Made by a program: the position numbers and the translations under genes. 64,000 bases of DNA, from positions 21,695 through 85,694 of IMG/VR virus record IMGVR_UViG_3300011858_000030; one strand, 5' to 3'. The stretch is from a virus (taxonomy: Duplodnaviria; Caudoviricetes). The notes beneath the pieces were generated by a model. The model ran no database searches, was not told the DNA's origin, and was given only the letters and a program-made list of their open reading frames with translations. Positions 17,893-26,924 of the stretch are shown here, piece after piece (the first letter of the stretch is position 1; every line of letters starts with the position of its first letter).

Positions 17893-19947
17893 TTACCGGG
17901 TATTACCGGTTTTTTTCAGATATTCATCGCGGTCGGTTTCGAGGAAGAAATAATGTTCTTCTTCCGTAATCCGGCTGAATTCAGCCGGGATAAAGCTCCC
18001 CAGATCGTCGAAGCGCTGGCCCGGTAATACAGAGCGGCCCTCTGCCTCAATTTCCTGGCGTTTGTCTTCAATACGGTTGAGGCGGCGCTGGCGGCGTTTC
18101 TCAACTGCCACATCCATTGCACTCACCGGTATTGCGGCACGTTTATTACCGTTCCAGATCGCAGTACAGACGTAGGTACCATCCATCCGGCGAACGATAA
18201 CGGAAGAGGGATCGTGAATATCGAAAGCCACGCGAACCTCTTCGCTATCCACCTGGATCAATTCTTCAGAGAAGTAGTCGTTGTTGAACAGACGCAACCA
18301 GCCACGCTGCGCGGTACGTACCATCTCCGGCATAAAGGCTTCGCGCAGCTCAACATCAGTCAGATATTCAATGTCGTCGCCTTCAGCTTCGAGAACGGCC
18401 CGACGATAGGCCGACGGTGTCATATGACGCCCGTTACGTTTTGGAAGCTCACGGTGTTCATGCGTGTTGTTGTATGCGTCAACTTCGCTGGCGATTGCGT
18501 CAAGCAGCTGCTGCCAGGAGGGTAATTTACCCAGAGCATTACGTTGCACAGGCGTCAGCTCCCGTCCGTTCTCCTGCGCTTTGATGGCTGACTGGATAGC
18601 ACGCGACGTGATGCGGGCATGCTCCCGGTCAGCACTGTCGCCGCTGAACGTATCGAACTGCATCGCAACACGGCGGGGAACACCCTTGTTAAGCCGTTCG
18701 ATGATGCCGCGAGACTGAGGACGCCCCGGAATACTGGTCGGGTGCTCAATACCGAGGCGGCTGAAAATACCCGTCACATCGGCATCAAGCGTTTTGTTTG
18801 TTTCACCGCCGCCGTTATCGGAATACACAAATAACGGTTTGCCGAAATGACGCATGGCGTAACGGTAGGCATCAGCCACAGCAATAACGCTTTCTGAAAG
18901 TGCCAGGCTCCAGCCCGTAATAAAGCGTGTCCGGCCATCAATAATTAACGTCAGCTCAGGAGTGAACGGGCGACCATGGTCAGGGTGTGCCACTTTCATC
19001 TCAAGAGATTTACCATCCGCAATCCAGCAGCCATTAACCGGCATAAGGGACCAGTCACGCTTCTGGAAGCATTCATAAGCCAGCGCAGCGGAACCGCTGA
19101 CGCGACCGCGCACACGCTCGCGCTTTGGCAGTTTTGCCATGGCGCGGCGAACGGCATCATATGACGGGCAGGCGGCTGCAATTGCCGGCTGGTCGGCATA
19201 CGTGTTTTCCCATTCAGCTTTAAAATCACTGTAAGCATCCCTTAGCGTCGGCCCCTTTCTTGATCGCCAGTGGGCCAGAAAGTCAGGAAGCCACTGGATC
19301 TTTTCAGGCGTCCTAGCTTTCAGTTGTCCAGGAGCAAGCAGCGTCAGACGCTCAATACCTGGCCGGGACGCCTCGTAAATAGACACCCACTCTTGAAGGC
19401 TGCGCTCACCAAAACCTTTACGGGTTGAACCCTTGCGGGCGTTGGCGATAACCGCAGCATCTTTAAGGTGCTCTGGCAGTGAATCGGTGCGTGCAGCCTT
19501 CACGATAAATTTGACGGCAGCGGTGCGTGATGAACCCGCATTCCGCAGACGTTCAACCTCCATCGCCAGCGCCGCGCGGGCATCGGCGATCTGTTTTTGT
19601 TTAATGGTCAGTTCGCCGACCTTCTGCTCAAGAATGACCGGGCACTGGCGCAGCAGGGCTATATCCTGACGGTCTGCGGTGGCCTTACGTGCAACAACCG
19701 CACGGAGTGCATGCTCGCCTGGCTTAGAGGCCAGCACTGTCTGATACACTTTTTCGCGGATGGCTGACTGCATATCATGAGGAAGGCTTTCGATGAGAAA
19801 TTCATAGGCGATACCTTTAACGCCTTCTCTTTTCCTGCATGTCCACTGTTCATTTTTTGCTTTGCGCAAAATGGTGCTAACGGCAGAAGAAAAACCGGGT
19901 AACTCAGTTATCTCTTTAGCAGTAACCCAACCATTAAATGAAGACAT
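17893..19947 (-). CDS. Mu-like DDE transposase (MuA-like)
   Basis: N-terminal Mu HTH domain; WIADG, YSDNGGGE and GIIERLN catalytic motifs. Confidence 0.96.
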   Translation of the reverse strand: MSSFNGWVTAKEITELPGFSSAVSTILRKAKNEQWTCRKREGVKGIAYEFLIESLPHDMQSAIREKVYQTVLASKPGEHALRAVVARKATADRQDIALLRQCPVILEQKVGELTIKQKQIADARAALAMEVERLRNAGSSRTAAVKFIVKAARTDSLPEHLKDAAVIANARKGSTRKGFGERSLQEWVSIYEASRPGIERLTLLAPGQLKARTPEKIQWLPDFLAHWRSRKGPTLRDAYSDFKAEWENTYADQPAIAAACPSYDAVRRAMAKLPKRERVRGRVSGSAALAYECFQKRDWSLMPVNGCWIADGKSLEMKVAHPDHGRPFTPELTLIIDGRTRFITGWSLALSESVIAVADAYRYAMRHFGKPLFVYSDNGGGETNKTLDADVTGIFSRLGIEHPTSIPGRPQSRGIIERLNKGVPRRVAMQFDTFSGDSADREHARITSRAIQSAIKAQENGRELTPVQRNALGKLPSWQQLLDAIASEVDAYNNTHEHRELPKRNGRHMTPSAYRRAVLEAEGDDIEYLTDVELREAFMPEMVRTAQRGWLRLFNNDYFSEELIQVDSEEVRVAFDIHDPSSVIVRRMDGTYVCTAIWNGNKRAAIPVSAMDVAVEKRRQRRLNRIEDKRQEIEAEGRSVLPGQRFDDLGSFIPAEFSRITEEEHYFFLETDRDEYLKKTGNTR

Positions 19948-19948
19948 A

Positions 19949-20161
19949 TCAATATCTCCCAGGCCAAATATCTTCAGGAGTCATACCGATTGCTTCAGCA
20001 ATAATTTTTTCAGCTTTTGGGTATGGTTTATCTAGGGCATTTTTTAATGTGTAAGGCGATAGGTTGTGCTCCCGCCCCAAACTAGAGAGAGACATGTTTC
20101 TTTTGCGCAAAGCCGCGACGATATCCGCTCTGTGCATGTTTTCTCTTTTTTCGCATTTCAT
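19949..20161 (-). CDS. ner: Ner-like DNA-binding protein
   Basis: DIVAALRKRNMSL...YPKAEKIIAEAIG..PEDIWP.RY motif. Confidence 0.93.
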   Translation of the reverse strand: MKCEKRENMHRADIVAALRKRNMSLSSLGREHNLSPYTLKNALDKPYPKAEKIIAEAIGMTPEDIWPGRY

Positions 20162-20189
20162 TTCATGCCATCCTTAAAAGTTAACCACT

Positions 20190-20359
20190 TAGCTAGCCTG
20201 CAAAGTACCCAGCTAGCTACTTAAGAAGATACTTTCATTGCATTGTGATTGCAATGCGTGCAACGACAAATAATTGTCAATGTTGGCAATATAATCACTA
20301 TGTGATTGTTTTTATTGAATTTAAATTTGTCATTTCATTTATCTTCTGCAACGACAAAT
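20190..20359. promoter_or_regulatory. Divergent ner/c operator-promoter (and likely transposition enhancer) region
   Basis: AT-rich; direct repeat TGCAACGACAAAT at 20259-20271 and 20347-20359; palindromes at 20190-20219 and 20237-20257. Confidence 0.7.
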
Positions 20360-20780
20360 GAAACCACAAAGGGTTTTTGTGATGGCGTTTAATGAATGGT
20401 TTTCGGCAAGTGAGCTTGCAGGGCTTCCGGGAATGCCTGGTGATAAGAGCAGTGTCAATCGGAGGGCTAATAAGGAGGGTTGGAAGAAGCGTCAGCGCGC
20501 TGGTGTTAGGGGGACGGCTTTTGAGTTCCACATCTCATCTCTTCCCTCTGCAACTAGAGAGGCGATTGGTACAGAACAGGCTGACATTGGAGAAAGCGAA
20601 ATCGATACGGAGTTACTATCAAAAGTTATCGAATCTGTTGAATTACTTTTGATGAGTAGGAAAAAAAAGATAAGCCCTTCGACCAAAGCAAAGGTGATCA
20701 CGGTGCTTTACCGGGCTTTTAAATCAAGTAGTTACATAGACATGAAGTTGATACAAGAAACGATCGAGCTTGTTGCTTAG
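20358..20780 (+). CDS. Mu c-like immunity repressor (alternative start 20382)
   Basis: N-terminal domain aligns by eye with the transposase N-terminus (EWFSASELAGLPG vs GWVTAKEITELPG); divergent from ner. Confidence 0.92.
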   Translation: MKPQRVFVMAFNEWFSASELAGLPGMPGDKSSVNRRANKEGWKKRQRAGVRGTAFEFHISSLPSATREAIGTEQADIGESEIDTELLSKVIESVELLLMSRKKKISPSTKAKVITVLYRAFKSSSYIDMKLIQETIELVA

Positions 20781-20794
20781 TCTGGGAGGCTGTA

Positions 20795-21451
20795 ATGAAA
20801 GACGACAAAGTTGTACATCTTGGTAGAAAGAAAAATGCATTTGAGGACGAGTTGTTAGAAATTGCTCAGCTTCTTTCGCAGGATAATGAGGATGCAGCTG
20901 ATATTGATGGGGGTAATCAGACAATCCCATCAATCAACGTCAATGGTTCAGCCAATGTGATTGGCAACGGAAACACCGTAAATAATGTAATAACCTTTAC
21001 AAGATCCATACAGAAAAAAATTCAGGTCAAAACGGCAGATGGAGTTATTGATGCGACACAAAAATTCCAGATAAAAAGCCTTGTAGATGAATGGGTTGAA
21101 AATTTTAACGCTATAAAGAAGTCAAAACTCACACACCAAAAAGCATGGTCACTTCTTAATCGCCACATGAAAGTGAATAGTTATCATGAAATCAAAGACA
21201 TAAACCATGCTAAAGCAATAAAATTCCTTCGTTCAAGACTGGGCGAATTGCGCAACATGCCATCCGCTCCGAAAAAAGTTCAAGACTGGAGAGCACAAAC
21301 AATTAAGTCAATCCAAGCCAGGTGCTCTGAAAAAGGGTGGCAGGCATGGCGTAAACTCTATATGCAACAGAAATTTGAAAAAAATTCGATGACTGAACTT
21401 ACCGATGTAGAACTAAAACAACTGTACCAAACTGTATGGAATAAGAGGTGA
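20795..21451 (+). CDS. AT-rich accessory protein with an ORF6C-like segment
   Basis: 218 aa directly after c; MKVNSYHEI...AIKFL motif. Confidence 0.8.
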   Translation: MKDDKVVHLGRKKNAFEDELLEIAQLLSQDNEDAADIDGGNQTIPSINVNGSANVIGNGNTVNNVITFTRSIQKKIQVKTADGVIDATQKFQIKSLVDEWVENFNAIKKSKLTHQKAWSLLNRHMKVNSYHEIKDINHAKAIKFLRSRLGELRNMPSAPKKVQDWRAQTIKSIQARCSEKGWQAWRKLYMQQKFEKNSMTELTDVELKQLYQTVWNKR

Positions 21452-21467
21452 GGTAGAGCTGAAGAAC

Positions 21468-21510
21468 CGCATTAGGATCGTTTAAAAGTGATTTAAACGG
21501 TTCTAATGCG
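21468..21510 (+). terminator. Long inverted repeat closing the c operon
   Basis: 19-bp arms (21468-21486 / 21492-21510) with 2 mismatches. Confidence 0.55.
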
Positions 21511-21522
21511 TGCTAATTTTAG

Positions 21523-21671
21523 TGCAGAATATTTCGCCTTTTTTACTATTTTTGCTCAAAATCCAGTAGCGTGTGCAGAATTACCTCACAGCTGTCTACC
21601 CCTTGATAGCTCTGCCTTTCAGCCTATTACCCCTCGTTTTCCCTCTATGCAGAAACGATCACCTCCCCACA
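21523..21671 (-). repeat. Mu-like left end with three candidate transposase sites
   Basis: Minus strand starts TGTGGGG at 21671; TTCTGCA at 21648-21654, 21574-21580 and 21523-21529. Confidence 0.6.
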
Positions 21672-21819
21672 CTAGATAAAATTTCTGGTGAAGAACAACC
21701 CTGACATAACCTTTACCGTCGCGATTTTTAACTTCATCGCCTGCTTTTACAGGCCCTCTATGGCTGTGCCTCCAAAAGAGTTTTCCATCCCGATATTCGA
21801 AATAATCACTCCAATTCAT
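21672..21819 (-). pseudogene. HNH endonuclease 5' fragment truncated by the Mu insertion
   Basis: MNWSDYFEYRDGKLFW...KGYVRVVLHQKFYL stops just before the expected HR-xx-W motif (compare YHAHRLAW and VMAHRIVW in the other HNHs here). Confidence 0.8.
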
Positions 21820-21826
21820 ATCTACC

Positions 21827-22294
21827 TCACAGATACTGAAGTCCCGTGTACTCGACTGGATCATAAAGGCGACCAATGTTGTTGTTCAGAGGGTTGGTGA
21901 CAGACAGAGTGACCGATGAGGCCTCGGCATCGATATCCACCGTCTTGACGTAAAGTTGCCACGACTTAATCGGCATCGACACATCGCCGCTGTCGAAGAT
22001 CTGCCGCGTGGCCGTAATAGCTGTTAGCCGGGCCGCTCCCTTCCACTGCTTCATGAGAGCTTTGATGTCAGACGACAGACGCCCTAACTTCACGGTCGCG
22101 TCGATCACCGGCGTGCCGCTCTGCTGGCTCTCTTCGATTTCAAAACGCGCTGGCGTGTACGTCTTGCCGCCAAGCGTCTTCGGGAAGAACTGCTTGTCTA
22201 CCAGGCGGACATAGCCAAAGGATGGATGGTAGAACGTGATGGTGTCGTACAGCCCGCGCGTCGGGCGCTGTTGTTTGTACTGGCGGAAATTCAT
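21827..22294 (-). CDS. Minor tail protein (DUF1833-like)
   Basis: YDTITFYHPSFGYVRL and NPLNNNIGRLYDP motifs; two genes after the TMP. Confidence 0.8.
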   Translation of the reverse strand: MNFRQYKQQRPTRGLYDTITFYHPSFGYVRLVDKQFFPKTLGGKTYTPARFEIEESQQSGTPVIDATVKLGRLSSDIKALMKQWKGAARLTAITATRQIFDSGDVSMPIKSWQLYVKTVDIDAEASSVTLSVTNPLNNNIGRLYDPVEYTGLQYL

Positions 22295-22296
22295 GT

Positions 22297-22830
22297 TTAA
22301 CCGCTCCTAAAAGTAAACCCCTTGTGTCTTTTGCGCTTTCCCGCCACACAGTTTCTAACTGTCGCGTAATCAAAGCCCATACCCCTAATTTCTTTTTCTC
22401 CACATAAGGTGTACTCCTCACCTGAACTCAGTCGCGTAGCAATAACTGGCGCTGAGAATCGGTGATGATCCTGTCCAGACTTTGGCACCCTCAACCCATG
22501 AGTTAAGGCGTGAATGTTATTGTCAGAGTGAGTGCACCATTCCAAATTACTCACGGTGTTATTCAGCTTGTCACCATCGATATGATTTACCACCTCCCCT
22601 TCAGCGCAACTTCCCAAGAAATGAGAGGCAACAATCCTATGAACACTCAATTGCTTGCAACCATTTTCATTGCATAGTGTTACATGAGCGTACCCACGAA
22701 CAGCTCTTGGCTTAAGAACTCTTTCTTTGATATTCCTTCCATCAGAAGTAAGTCTCGCAAGGCTGGTAATTACTCCTGATTCAGAAACGGTATACAGTCC
22801 TTCATATCCATTAATTGGCATTACGCGCAT
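22297..22830 (-). CDS. NUMOD4-HNH homing endonuclease
   Basis: PINGYEGLYTVSESG (NUMOD4) and VHRIVA..VNHIDGDKLNN...NLEW (HNH). Confidence 0.92.
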   Translation of the reverse strand: MRVMPINGYEGLYTVSESGVITSLARLTSDGRNIKERVLKPRAVRGYAHVTLCNENGCKQLSVHRIVASHFLGSCAEGEVVNHIDGDKLNNTVSNLEWCTHSDNNIHALTHGLRVPKSGQDHHRFSAPVIATRLSSGEEYTLCGEKEIRGMGFDYATVRNCVAGKRKRHKGFTFRSG

Positions 22831-22883
22831 GATTCGTTTTCCCGTGGCTTACACTTCACTGATTATATCATTTTATGTAGGCA

Positions 22884-23381
22884 TTACGGCACTCTCGGTA
22901 AAGATTCCGGGTCGCGCCCGTCAGGATAACCCGTTACCACGATATCCAGCCACGAATCCCACGGCGGCGGAAGTTCAACTATGATATCGTCGAACTCATC
23001 GTCGGCGTTGTACAGATGGTTAGCAATTACGGTTCCCGTCCAGGTTACCACCCCGCCGTCGATACTGGTTTGCACTGGCATCTGAGTGAAGTGAAGTTCC
23101 TGGAGTTGCAGGCCACTGCCGCCAAGATTGATATTCATCCGGAACCAGTTCAGTCCCCGGTTGAGATAGTTCGGGCTGCGCAGCCACTGCTGGAAAGCTC
23201 GCTCTTCGGCCAGCGTGAAGATCCACGTCACCGACCAGGTCGCTTTTAGATCATCGGTCTGGTTCTGAAAGATAGCCGGGCCGACCGCTGGCTGATCGGT
23301 CTGGAACCCGGTATCGAGCGTCATGTTTTTGCTGGCCTTCTGCGCCAGTGGCAGCCAGTCGGGATAGTCGATAATTGGCAT
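22884..23381 (-). CDS. Minor tail protein (distal-tail-like)
   Basis: MPIIDYPDWLP start; directly after the TMP. Confidence 0.75.
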   Translation of the reverse strand: MPIIDYPDWLPLAQKASKNMTLDTGFQTDQPAVGPAIFQNQTDDLKATWSVTWIFTLAEERAFQQWLRSPNYLNRGLNWFRMNINLGGSGLQLQELHFTQMPVQTSIDGGVVTWTGTVIANHLYNADDEFDDIIVELPPPWDSWLDIVVTGYPDGRDPESLPRVP

Positions 23382-26300
23382 CAGCCCTGCCCCCTTGGCG
23401 TGCGCTTAACGTTCAAATTGCTGGTAATGGCTTGGCTTGCTGGTCCACCATTATTCATGTCAGCGATGAATGCATCGATGGTCCATGTACCGTCACTGCC
23501 CTGCGTAGCCTGTGCATCGACAGACGCTGAAGAGTAATTGTTGATATTCAAAATCACCCCGCCACCGCCTCCGGCAGTCATCTCCTTGTTGCTGATCACC
23601 CTGCCGTTGTCGCCCGGTATCATGTACTGCTTACCGGTACTGGCCTGGTAAATCTCCGGCATGCCACCTTCGCCTACCTGGTACATACCGCCAGCCGTCA
23701 CCGGCCCGCCGTTTTTACGTTTACCGAGAAGGTTAGCACCAATAACGCCCGCAACCGCACCGAGACCGATAGCCGCCGCTGTTCCCATTGAGGCAATGGA
23801 GGATAGGATAGCCGCCGGAGTCCATGCCGCAGCGGTTGTCGCTGCCGCTGCTGTGCTGGTAGCCGTCTGCGTGGCCACTGCCGCCGTCTGCACTGCTGTC
23901 ACTGTGCCGATAGCCGCCGTTTGTGCCGCCTGGCCCATGATGGCTGACTTGACCCACTCAACGCCCATCTGCACGAAGGTATTAACCAGGCTGTTGAGAA
24001 CCGTGCTACCAAGAGATCGCATTGCATCACTAGCCGTCATGCTGCCGGTGATAATTCCCGTTAATGCGTTGGAGGCATTTCCTGCTAGCGCATCGATTGA
24101 AGCCGCCAGCGCTTCATTGCCCGCGCTCTGGTTACGGAAGATCTCCCACTGTGCAGCGATGCGCGCCTGCTCGTACTCCCTGTCAGCGTTAGCACGCAGC
24201 ATAAGGGCGTTCTGGTGAGTGATAATCCCCTGCTGCTCGTATGACTGAATAAGCGCGAGTTTACGGGCATTTTCATTCGCCAGTTGCTGCACTGGGTCCA
24301 CGCCGCCAGCAGCTTCCTGCTGCGGGCTGACGGCCTGATCGGCACGGATTTTCGCAAGGTTGGCCTGGTGGGTTGCTTCCAGTCTCTCAGATGTCTGATT
24401 GAACTGCTCCTGACTGATTTTCTTCGCAGCCAGAGCGGTATTCAGATCCTCAACATCCTGCTTATAGCTGGCGTTTTCTCGCGCTTCTGGCAGGAGCTTC
24501 TCGGCTGCCGCCTGCGCCTTAATGGCATTGGCCGTATCCCATTTCTCTGCAGCATACTGCCGGGCCTGTGCGATCTGGGCCTGAGTCGCACCTTTCCCAA
24601 GAGATTGCTCGGCATTGAGCATAGCCTGCTCGCGGCTGAGTTCTTGAGTTGACCCCGCCGCCAGTTCTGCTTGCTGTTTCAGGTTCGCCAGCTTCTGAGC
24701 AACAGATTCAGCAGAAGACGCTGATTTTTTCCCCTGTTGCTCACTCTCTTGTTGAGCTTTTTTTCTGGCTTCTTCGGCCTTTTGCAAGTCGTAGTTTTCT
24801 CCAGCAAGCTTTCCAGCTGATGATATCTGATTCTTGTTATCAGTTACCTTGGCGGCTTGCATTTGAGCTTTAACAACGGCTCTTTGTCGCTCATCCTGAA
24901 TTTTAAGAAGTTCGTTTTGCTCCTCAAGATTGAGGATGAGCTTATCGCCCTCTTTCGTGGCCGGAGAAATTTGCAGTGCTTTCGGATCAAAATTCTGCCC
25001 TGCCTGATTGGCCCGGTTTATTTCATCAGCTGTATCACCAAAGGCTTTCGCTACCGCACCCTGAACTTGCTCAAGAGACCAGGATTTTTCGATGAGTTGA
25101 TCATGAACGCCCATCGCCGTAAGCATGTTGTTCGTGAGTGTGCGAGTCGCCTCAGACGCGGTTTCTTCTGTCCGGGATAATTTATCCTTTGCGGCCTCAA
25201 GATCTCGCGTCTTGCGAGCCAGTTCATCAGACACTTCCGCCTGTTGGCGGGCAAAATCTGTACCTTGCCCCATAGATTCAGCAACTTTCTGCGCTGCAGG
25301 GGTAAAGTTCTGATACCTGTCTCTCAGAGAGTCAACTTCACTCTGCAGATCAGCAACAGCTTCTTTCTGAGCTCGTATAGAATTATTGGCATCAGCAATA
25401 GCTCCGCGGAGCTGCGTGTTCGACATTGCATTCATGGCAGCATTGAGCTTATCCAGCCCATCGGCAAAGGCGATTGCCTCCTCTTTTGCCTGCTGGGCTT
25501 TCTGCCAGAAATAGAAGATCGCTCCGGCTGCGAGCATAGCAGCACCAGCAGGACCACCTATGAGAGCAAGCGCACCACGCGCCATTCCAATACCTATGGA
25601 CGCTGCACGAGCAGCTGTCGCCGCACGGGCCGACGCAGCAGCCTGGGCAGTTTCAGCCTCCGCAAGAGCAAGAGACGCGGTAGTAGCCCGTGTTTTTGCG
25701 GCCACAAGAGCATCCATTGCCAGCATTTCTGCAGCACTACCTTTTGCCACGTTATATTCAGCCTGGGCCAGCGCGAGAGAAGATAGAGCAGCCTCTTTAT
25801 CAGCAAGAGCCTTACGCTGAACAGAATTAGCAGCAACCAAAGCAGCCTGTGCCGTCTGATTGTCTGCTACGACCTGCTGACGAGATGCTGCGATATCTGC
25901 AATTTTCGCAGAGGTGGCCATGGTCAGCGCACCGACATACCGCGCACCCATTACGCCGGCAACAATCGTGAGCGTAGTGCTGAGAACGTCCAGGTTTTCA
26001 CTTAGAGATATGACTGAGTCACTGAATATTTTGACGCCAGTTTTTACAGTGGCATTCTCGCCAAAGAACTTCGTGATGTTGTTGTTGGCAATTTCAAGAG
26101 ACTGGCTGATCGTTGCAGTAGTTTTAGCGAACTCCTGTCCAATTTTATCGCCCTGGGAGAGTAATCCATTCACGATCACATCAGTGGTTAACTTACCCTC
26201 TGCAGCCATGTTTCTGAGCGCCCCAATGCTGACATTCATGGAGTCAGCAAGAGCAATCATGAGCCGGTTACCCTGCTCATTCACAGAGTTAAATTCATCG

Positions 26301-26863
26301 CCTCTTAGAGCTCCGGACGCCAGACCTTGAGCAAGCTGGATGATTGCGTTGCTTGCCTCCTCCGCTGTTGCCCCTGATACCACGAAACCCTGGTTAATAA
26401 TGGTTGTCAGCCTCGTGATGTCCTCTACACTGACGCCATAACTCCTTGTTGATCGCTCGAGACGTGCATAGAGAGTGGCCGTCGCATCGAGACCTGAACG
26501 AGTCTTTTGAGAGATGTCAAAAACACGTTCTGTGACATCAGCCAGTGTTTCAAACGGCGGTACGGAATCCCTGACGGCGTTTGCCAGTTTATTACTCAGG
26601 TCCTGCCATGCCTGGGCATATGCGCCAACCTGTTGTACAGAAAGAGCAGCTATGAGCGCTTTCGCGACACCAGTTAAGCTTGACATAGTGCCTTCAATCG
26701 AAGACAGGGATCGCTCAGTGCGATTTAACCCAGCCTCAAGACGACCCATGCTGCCGTTAAGCCCATTCAAAGCGGCATCAATATCCCGGCGTCCCTGAAG
26801 GATCCCGGCGGTGTCCATGTCAACTTCATAAACAATCGTTCCAGCGCTGACAGTACCAGCCAT
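23381..26863 (-). CDS. Tail tape measure protein
   Basis: 1160 aa, Ala-rich; IIQLAQGLASGALRGDEFNSVNEQ tape-measure motif. Confidence 0.95.
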   Translation of the reverse strand: MAGTVSAGTIVYEVDMDTAGILQGRRDIDAALNGLNGSMGRLEAGLNRTERSLSSIEGTMSSLTGVAKALIAALSVQQVGAYAQAWQDLSNKLANAVRDSVPPFETLADVTERVFDISQKTRSGLDATATLYARLERSTRSYGVSVEDITRLTTIINQGFVVSGATAEEASNAIIQLAQGLASGALRGDEFNSVNEQGNRLMIALADSMNVSIGALRNMAAEGKLTTDVIVNGLLSQGDKIGQEFAKTTATISQSLEIANNNITKFFGENATVKTGVKIFSDSVISLSENLDVLSTTLTIVAGVMGARYVGALTMATSAKIADIAASRQQVVADNQTAQAALVAANSVQRKALADKEAALSSLALAQAEYNVAKGSAAEMLAMDALVAAKTRATTASLALAEAETAQAAASARAATAARAASIGIGMARGALALIGGPAGAAMLAAGAIFYFWQKAQQAKEEAIAFADGLDKLNAAMNAMSNTQLRGAIADANNSIRAQKEAVADLQSEVDSLRDRYQNFTPAAQKVAESMGQGTDFARQQAEVSDELARKTRDLEAAKDKLSRTEETASEATRTLTNNMLTAMGVHDQLIEKSWSLEQVQGAVAKAFGDTADEINRANQAGQNFDPKALQISPATKEGDKLILNLEEQNELLKIQDERQRAVVKAQMQAAKVTDNKNQISSAGKLAGENYDLQKAEEARKKAQQESEQQGKKSASSAESVAQKLANLKQQAELAAGSTQELSREQAMLNAEQSLGKGATQAQIAQARQYAAEKWDTANAIKAQAAAEKLLPEARENASYKQDVEDLNTALAAKKISQEQFNQTSERLEATHQANLAKIRADQAVSPQQEAAGGVDPVQQLANENARKLALIQSYEQQGIITHQNALMLRANADREYEQARIAAQWEIFRNQSAGNEALAASIDALAGNASNALTGIITGSMTASDAMRSLGSTVLNSLVNTFVQMGVEWVKSAIMGQAAQTAAIGTVTAVQTAAVATQTATSTAAAATTAAAWTPAAILSSIASMGTAAAIGLGAVAGVIGANLLGKRKNGGPVTAGGMYQVGEGGMPEIYQASTGKQYMIPGDNGRVISNKEMTAGGGGGVILNINNYSSASVDAQATQGSDGTWTIDAFIADMNNGGPASQAITSNLNVKRTPRGQG

Positions 26864-26882
26864 AATCTAATCTCCGGGCAAT

Positions 26883-26910
26883 AAAAAACCCCGCCTGAGC
26901 GAGGTTGTTT
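26883..26910 (-). terminator. Rho-independent terminator-like hairpin before the TMP
   Basis: Minus strand AACCTCGC-TCAG-GCGGGGTTTTTT. Confidence 0.6.
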
Positions 26911-26924
26911 TGGTGTGTTCTTTT

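Larger units (their letters stand above)
1..21671 (-). mobile_element. Mu-like transposable prophage, left (repressor) part; tail and right end outside the window
   Basis: Mu gene order: c, ner, DDE transposase A, AAA ATPase B, Gam-like, gemA, Mor/C, lysis, terS/terL, DUF935 portal, F, G, I, T. A TG-initiated end at about 21671 truncates an unrelated gene. Confidence 0.95.

Noticed and set aside
20298-20701. Minus-strand ORFs over the Mu repressor
   Set aside because: Antisense to c and spanning the operator region; no supporting features.
21619-21876. Intact 85-aa protein as listed in the ORF track
   Set aside because: It is a chimera: an HNH N-terminus (true start 21819) reading into Mu end DNA.
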